64,000 nucleotides of DNA from Schmidtea polychroa (Eukaryota), in NCBI GenBank assembly GCA_044892525.1, contig CM097885.1:168826001-168890000 (forward strand), written 5' to 3'. Below, in pieces: positions 56,401 to 64,000 of this stretch (within the stretch, counting starts at the first letter, position 1; each line of letters begins with the position of its first letter). The notes beneath the pieces are model-generated. The model made no database searches. It saw only the letters and a program-made list of their open reading frames with translations, and was not told the origin of the DNA. The translations under genes and the position numbers were made by a program.

Positions 56401-59400
56401 AAAAATAAGTTGATTTTGAGATTTTTTATTACAATTATTATCTAATTTAATCAAAAGTAACAAATTTAAAGGAAATAAATCAGAACAGATGTGATGATTT
56501 AACAACCTATATTTGTTTTTTATGCCAAACATATTAATATTTTATTAAAATTTTTGTTTTAAGGATAAGCAATAAAATAAACATTTTTTAATACAAATAT
56601 TTCAAAAAAGTTTTTCCGAAAATTTGTGTTAGATCTAAAACCACTATTGATTTATTGTCTGTTGAAAATGAAAACAGTTCAAGGGTGAAAAAGACAAAAG
56701 ATTTTACTAATAACTCTAATGATTGAAATATTTAATTCCTAATATTAACCATCCTTGAGATTCTCACGAATTTAATCAACGCGAAATAGACATATAATTT
56801 AATAATTTACATTTTTGTTTCCTAAGGAATATCAAAATATTTTTGCCCCCTTTCTTTTCTCTAATATTTTTTAAACTTTTGCTGCTAGTTTTTTGATTTC
56901 AAGAAACAAACTAATTTATTTTTCAAATTTCCATAATGATTTTCTTTTAGCAGGATGCGTTAATTAATAATTACGGAGCCAGATTTGGTACTTAAATTTA
57001 TTTGACAATTTTTCCTCGAATTTAACCCAAGGCTTTATTTATGCAAATTTTCTTTCAATTTTTTTTTAAATTAGATGCAATTGTTATTTGATTTACTATA
57101 AAACTTTTTTTAGAAATAACTCTTTCTTTTTTCATTGAAATGCCATAAATATTGCATAATCGTCGAAATCATAATGAAAGAATTCGACTTGAAAGAGTAG
57201 TTTGGTGCAAATACAAAATTCTTTCTAAAATTCAAAATAGTCTGAAATTATTATAGCATATCAAACTTTTGCCATAAATTTGAAAAAATGAAAGTCTAAA
57301 AAAACAGTAGTTGCTGGGAAAGGGTAAGATTTCACTTTCTTCGAGATCATTTATATTTTTTAAGTCATTTTAGAAATTAGAGGTTGAGCCTTGTCATATT
57401 GTGAAACAGTTTTTTCTATAAGAAAAACAAAGTAAGTAAGAAGAATATATTCTGTGCAGTTGTAGACAATAAAATTCTGCATTGATGACCTCACTATCAT
57501 ATGCTATTTAACGGTAGACAATTTACTTAAAATCCCACTAAATGTTGATCAGAAACTTCTTTCAAATCATCCCTGTTTTTCAACTTTACTGTCCATACTT
57601 CACCAATTCTTTCCGGTTGTTTCGGCTGACCTGTTGTGCGCGCGCGTGTGTATTATGAGTGTGCGAATATCGTTTGTTTTTTTGGTTTTGGCAATTTTGT
57701 TTGTAATGCAATTTTGAATCGAATTTTCGTGAATTCTTTGGAATTGACTCGTTGTCTTTGTTGCATTTGTGATTTTTGAATTTTGTGGCTTGATTTATTG
57801 AAAAATAATTTGTTATTCTGGAATTTCTTTTGGAATTTTTAAATGATTTTCAATTTTAAAAAGGGCGAACCAATTTTGATATAAATGCATATAGCATAAA
57901 CTTTGATGAATACAGAGAAGATAAAATCGATAAAGTGTGATATTAAAGGTTGACTCTTTGAACGAAAATAATATCAATTTGAATCCACCAAGAAATGAGA
58001 AGTAATCGACGACATGGTTTGCTTGAGTCGAATTTCAATGAACAAGTTCAATCTAGTGAACACAATACTAAGAATTTGATGAATTTCAACAGAACTTATA
58101 AAGATATGCATTTCATAAAATATCGTAGCAAAATATCAATAAATTGTTTTTCTGAATTCCCGATGAAATTATAATCAACATGAACACTGGTGATATAGTT
58201 TTCGTAAGTAAATTAACTTTTTATTTCGTGACAATGAGAGTTTCATAAACCTTAGTTTCAGTAAATTTTCAAGAAAACCTCACTTGGTTATGTACTTTTT
58301 CTATAAAGAGTTCATGGGGAAATGTTTTTAAACTTTAACTCATGAAGTTTCGAAAGATTTCTGAAAGAAAACATTTTATCTAGTTTAAGGCTATACGGCC
58401 ATATATTTCTTTAATACCTTCAACTTCCCAAATTTCACTTAAAGCTTTAATGAATTTGAGTCTCAGTTTAAAATTATGTGGGGTTCCCTGAAAAAAGATA
58501 TTATTTTTATTATTCTGTGTTCAACTGTTCATTAACTATATTTTAATACAAGTTGTGATTTAATTATCATGGGATATTTGATAATCCTGACCACCATATA
58601 ATGTTATAAACCTGCATTATTAATAATTATTGATTAGTCTTGATTGATTGGATCCTCAGATTATGGCATTGTTTATTATTAATTCCAATGATACACCAAA
58701 CACCACTGATAACCATTTCCTATAATATAACAAAAAATCAATAATCTTACATTATAGAAACATACATACTTACTTTGATTTCACGTTGATGTTCTCATTT
58801 ATAGCTCAATGAGATACATGTTATATTATAGAAAACTGAAAAGTGGAAGGAAAATTAAAAAATGCACACAAGCACAAGACATAATAAAAAACACATACAA
58901 ACTTTTGATTCGTAAAATTGTAACGATGGGATACGTTTCTATAATAATTCTATTTTAGACAATTTTTAGAAAAAAAAGATCGTTGAAAATTTTTTAAATT
59001 ATATTTTTAATGAAAATATCAAGAGCAGATGAATTTGGTTCAAAATCTTTTTACTCCAGATTTGATTTCCTTTAAGAATCTCCTCATATTGAGCTCAGAA
59101 AAAAAATACAAAAATTAAAAAAATTATTCTAATCAGCGATTTTTCCCAAAATCTTTTAAAAAAATACATTGATTGATTTATTTAATTAATTATAATTAAA
59201 AATATATCGGACTCACATTTTTTCGAAATAATTCCAAAATACTTTAATAAAAGACATAAAATTCCTAAAAAAGCCTGAAAATTAATTAAAAATAATTTAT
59301 AATTATATTGTTGATTAAAAGTAATATTTAAGAACTTGAATAATGATCTCATATCCATATGGATCAAAATTCAAGTCTTAAAATTTACTTTAAATTTAAT

Positions 59401-61149
59401 ATCTTACCTGAAAACCATTTCTAAAATGGCTAAAATAAATTTCATGATGAGCAATTCACATGTAAAAAAATTACTGACAACTTTGAAAATTCATCAGTAG
59501 TAAATTGGTGAGTGAGCAATCGCTCTACACGCAAACCACCACTATAGAGAATGTATCTCAGTGATGTTTGGTGTATATACGTTGTTAACACACATGTAGT
59601 ACATATATTGTCTATTGTTCAAGGATAGATCTTTCACGAATTGTTACTTAAACGTACTACATAAGTTATCAGTTACAATTCGTTTTGCAATGACAACCAT
59701 AATTAAAATATAAAATTTTATTTATTTATTCAAATTATTCTATCAATAAGAATATTATTAAAATAAATTTCTATATAAATTTCTTTCATCTTATACAGTA
59801 ATGAATAAAAAAAGGAATTCAAAAAACCACACCAACCAACAAAAAACATTCATACAATTTATCCTATTAATTAATTAAATAATAATATCTAAAGTTGAAA
59901 GTTAAATTTTGAAAAATAATTTTGTTTAAATGAAACCGAAAAATGAGATTTTATAATTGAATATATTTTAAGATTTTGATTTATTTTCACTTGAAATTTC
60001 TAAAAACATAAATAATACTCAATTAATCAAAGTGCCTCAGATGTGCTAAAGCTGTCAGTTCTAACTGTAATTTCCTGAATCGTGCTTGAATGACACCCAT
60101 ATTATTTAAATGACATTTATTAATTATCACACAATCAGTTCTCTTAATTTATTGTAAAATTTTATTGAATTTTCAAATATTTTTCAATTTATTTAAATTG
60201 TAAATATTAAGAAATTAAATTTCAATTAATTTGTTTAAAATGAAACTATACATTTTGATTACACGATAAAAGAAATTATTGAAATTTAAAAAATATTGTA
60301 AAAAAAATGAAATATTAAATGGTGAAAATGGAAAAAATTATTATTTAATATAAACCTATAATTATATTAAAAACATAGTTTAAAAAAGATAATTAAATAA
60401 AAAATATATAATAGAAATGTTATTTCTAATTAATAAATTTATATTACGAAGAAATTGCATATTATTTAGACAGACTTTTGTTGCTGCATTTTTATAACTT
60501 TTCTAATTTTAATTTTCTTTACATTTACTGTCATTTATTGTTCCAGTTTTATATGTGAGTGAAATCTCATTACAAATTCAACATTGTTAACAAAAAAGAT
60601 TGATTTGGGAAATTATTGTCAATGAAAGGATAGTGAAAACTTTTATCAATAGGATGCTGAAGGGAATTTGAAAATACTTTTAACAGCAGACTTAACATAA
60701 CAATTAGCACAGATTATTCAAAGGGTATAATAGTGGTTCAAAGACCTTCAAAAGACCGAGAAATTCTATTGTTGACACGATGAAGACGTTTTTATTGTTG
60801 TCTGATTATAAATATTTTTAGAGAAGTTATTTCTTTGAATAAAAATTCCAATAATTTCCTTTATCTTTCAAACATATTTTTGGGATATTAGTTATTAAAT
60901 TTGGTACTGATTTTGACTCCTCGTGCTCAATGGAAAATTGGCCTTTTTATCAATTTATATTTTTCATTATCTTTTTTGACAGCAACTTTGATTTCAATAT
61001 TTAATTTCTTTCTTTCTTGCTTAGTTTGCTCTTCAACCAACTGGCAATTGACCACTATTATCTTTGCTTTTTATTTTAGTTTTCACTACGATTTTCACAA
61101 CCAAAAAATAATTATACGAACAGTATTGATTTTGGAAAATGAGTAAATC

Positions 61150-61200
61150 TTATTATTTTCTCATTGGTCACACGAGTTCTCCAGCTAGCTTGAGTTTTAC
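61150..61200 (-). mobile_element. RTE-type LINE C-terminal fragment
   Basis: Minus strand WRTRVTNEKI resembles the RTE WxDxVxNxEV motif. Confidence 0.35.
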
Positions 61201-61631
61201 ACATAGGTACTAAATCATTTATTTATTTTTAATTAATTTGTATTTTTTGAATATCTTGCTGTCCGTACATACCTGTATATACTGGAGTATAAGTAATTGT
61301 TTTGATATGACTTTCAATATATATGTATCAGTTAGTTTTATATTCAATTTTATTTATGCATTTTTATGTATGAAACACCTTCAATGTTATATGTATTTTG
61401 TATATTGTAGCGATAATCATAGAGTCAGTTAGTTAAAATCCTAGAACATGGAGTTTGTTAATAAAGACCTTAATTTTTGTTGTCAGTCAATTAAAATCAT
61501 GGTTTATAATCTATTTTGACCTTAGTTAACTTCATCTGGATATTAGTTAACAAAAATAAAATTTGGTAGCTTAAATACAAGCATACTCACATTTTTGTAT
61601 CTAATTTTCTTCTAATTTTCTTACTGATAAG

Positions 61632-61882
61632 CAATGTTCCCTCTAAGCCATAGGCAGCAGTGCGCGCAAAGTCAGCTGCGCTGAGCAGCCTTTAAATACA
61701 AATGAGCGTCAAAATGCTATAACGTGATTGTAAGAGTTTTAAAACGACACTACAGAAATATACCGTTATTATGCATCTGGTTATTAACATTGAAAATTTT
61801 TAAATATTCAAAATGAACCACATAATAATATTGAGTATCAAAAATTGAATTAAATATACTGCGCTGAAAATAATTTTGCTGC
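61632..61882. mobile_element. Second, right-truncated copy of the 29819-30080 MITE
   Basis: CAATGTTCCCTCTAAGCCATAGGCAGCAG...GTCAGCTGCGCTGAGCAGCCTTTAAATACA and TTGAATTAAATATACTGCGCTGAAAATAATTTTGCTGCG are shared. Confidence 0.85.
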
Positions 61883-62855
61883 GATGGGGAGTTGGAGGTG
61901 CTGATAAGTAGATTTATCATTTATCAAATATATGAAATTTAAAATAAGACAATAATACTACTTTAAACATTTCACTTATTTTCATTACGACTATAGATAA
62001 ATTATTTTTTACTCATGTAAAACAAATTTTCGACATTGCCTTTATCTAGTGTTTTGACATATTTAATTTATGTTATGAAAATAATTCCTTCAGGTTTATT
62101 TTTTATTTTCAACAACGTGCTTTTAGTTAAAAACCTGAGAAACAATTTTCAAAATCATTTTACGTTGAATTTTTACAAACAACAATACTGCTTTTATAAA
62201 AGAAAATGATTTTATCTATTTTAATTTTATATTTGGTTCATTTTTATTTATTTACTGCCTTTCTAAAATTAAATAGAATAAAGAAACGATTTCTAATAGG
62301 AGATTTAAAGATAAAAAAGTAATTAATAACTAATGTTTCTTAAAATATGTTTATTATTATTTAATTTTAATTTTCATTATAAATTATATTAATTATATAT
62401 AATCATTATTGTTATTTGTATTTTAATATTCTTTATTTTCATTTCATTTTAGATTAAAGATAATTAATTGTATTTATAAATAATAAAAACAAAATTTTGA
62501 CATAATTATTTTTAAAAATTTTATTTATTTTCATTACGAATATTTAGAAAATATTTTTACTTTCCTATCTAACACAAATTTTCTACATTGCCTTCATCAA
62601 ATGTTATCAAAAAAATCTTGGAAATGATGTTGCGAACTGAAATAAGTTGCGTTGGCTTAAAATTTCAGGATAGCGAAAGCTTTTTATGTTCATGACGCCA
62701 GAGCTCACCGTTCGAGAGTTTTTGTTGTTTCTGACAAAAAAATCAATTTCTGCTTTGTTGTTAATATATTTAATTTCTTATTTTATTTACATAAATTCTT
62801 AATAAATTTTAATAATTTTATTATAAATACAGAAAAATTTTTTTTTATATCAATA

Positions 62856-63940
62856 CTAATCATAGAACCCGTACGTTGAAGTATTTGTTTCTATTTTAAT
62901 TTTTAAATCCAATAAATTTAGGGATCCATCTTCTTCCGGATATTCGATTTCAAACTTAATATCACGGTGAACCGCATTGAATGTATGAAATATTTCCTCC
63001 GCTTCTTTTCTGCTTTTGGTCATAATAAAGATATCATCTACATATCTTGCATAGAAACCGATGGGTTGTATGGTCCTCAATGTCTGTCGTTCAAGGTTAT
63101 CCATAAAGATGATTGCTAGCAATCCTGATATGCTATAACTCATAGGCCGACCGTTAACTTGTTATAGATATTTTGCTGAAAGGTAAAATAGGTGTTCTCC
63201 AGGATAACAGTAAGAAGTTTGGTGATATTCTCGGTATTCATTTCCTTTATTAACAAGTTGTTTTCGTTTGTTATAAAAAACGAGAAACAAAGGATAGCCA
63301 ATCGATGCACTGAAGAAAACGAGAACTTTAATCAGCAATTAAATTTCAATAAAATCCTACACAGAAACGGATAGGAAGGTGAGGATATTGAAAGAATGAA
63401 TTCTACCCCAAAATATTTAGGGAATTAACACAAAAGAAGAAGAAAAATTTCTATCTTAATATCCCATTCATCAGTGACATACTCGACTTCTAGATCCTGA
63501 AAGAACTTAAACGTACCGGTCTTCCAATTCGGATAGCACATAAATCTTGGACATTAAGAAAAGCCCTGTCAAACAACACAAATAGAAAAAACAATTGCAC
63601 AATGAAAAACTGCCAGACACCGAAATAAATGTGCTTTAGAAAAAACATTAGAAAAACATCACGTGCAATGTATGCAATGAAATCTACATTGGAAGTACAC
63701 TCAGGACCTTGCACCAAAGAATTAAAGAACAACTAGATCCTGGTGGAACATCCTCGATAAACAGACATCTCCAACAATGTCAATCAACAGTGGAAAGAAA
63801 AAATTTTTCAATTGAAATCATAGCTAATGGAAACATCCACAAAAAATGTCAGATTCAAAGAAGCAATTCTCATTATAAACAGATGGCCAAAAATCAACAC
63901 TAAAGAATAAATCAATGAAATCATCAATTTGATCTGTTGT
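62856..63940. mobile_element. Penelope-like retroelement, decayed; RT core inverted (minus, ~63260-62856) relative to the GIY-YIG part (plus, ~63262-63900)
   Basis: Minus: LLTVILENTYFTF, SGLLAIIFMDNLE, YARYVDDIF, LNLLDL. Plus: IPFISD, CNVCNEIYIGSTLRTLHQRIKE (GIY-YIG). Confidence 0.85.
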
Positions 63941-64000
63941 CATTGACCTTGAAAATAACTGATAATACAAAAAAAATATAATAAATTAAAAAAAGAAATA

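Overview
Very AT-rich eukaryotic (metazoan-type) scaffold with four sized N-gaps, very short spliceosomal introns (40-48 nt in one gene) and dense DNA-transposon and retroelement debris. A planarian/flatworm-like host is plausible but cannot be proven from the sequence. Main content: (1) 1-9169, a Polinton/Maverick-type element that is an apparently perfect multi-kb palindrome. Two head-to-head copies of an intact 1255-aa protein-primed PolB with an inserted HNH/EndoVII domain (left copy cut by the window edge) flank a 412-bp spacer bracketed by a 39-bp imperfect inverted repeat. The right arm ends in an AGT-repeat terminus at 9169, with no integrase, ATPase, protease or capsid gene in between. 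(2) Two tandem two-exon paralogs (22041-27282, 33118-35755) encoding DUF4062-like + STAND/NACHT-like NTPase + a C-terminal domain matching the PHF5A/Rds3 triple-zinc knot. (3) A partial GATAD1-like gene, a divergent Mia40/CHCHD4 lacking one disulfide pair, and CSTF3 and actin pseudogene fragments. (4) A hAT nested in a hAT (both with exact 8-bp TSDs), hAT MITEs, a near-intact hAT-related transposon in (TA)n, mariner/pogo/LINE/LTR remnants and a 5'-inverted Penelope. No rRNA, tRNA or CRISPR could be supported.
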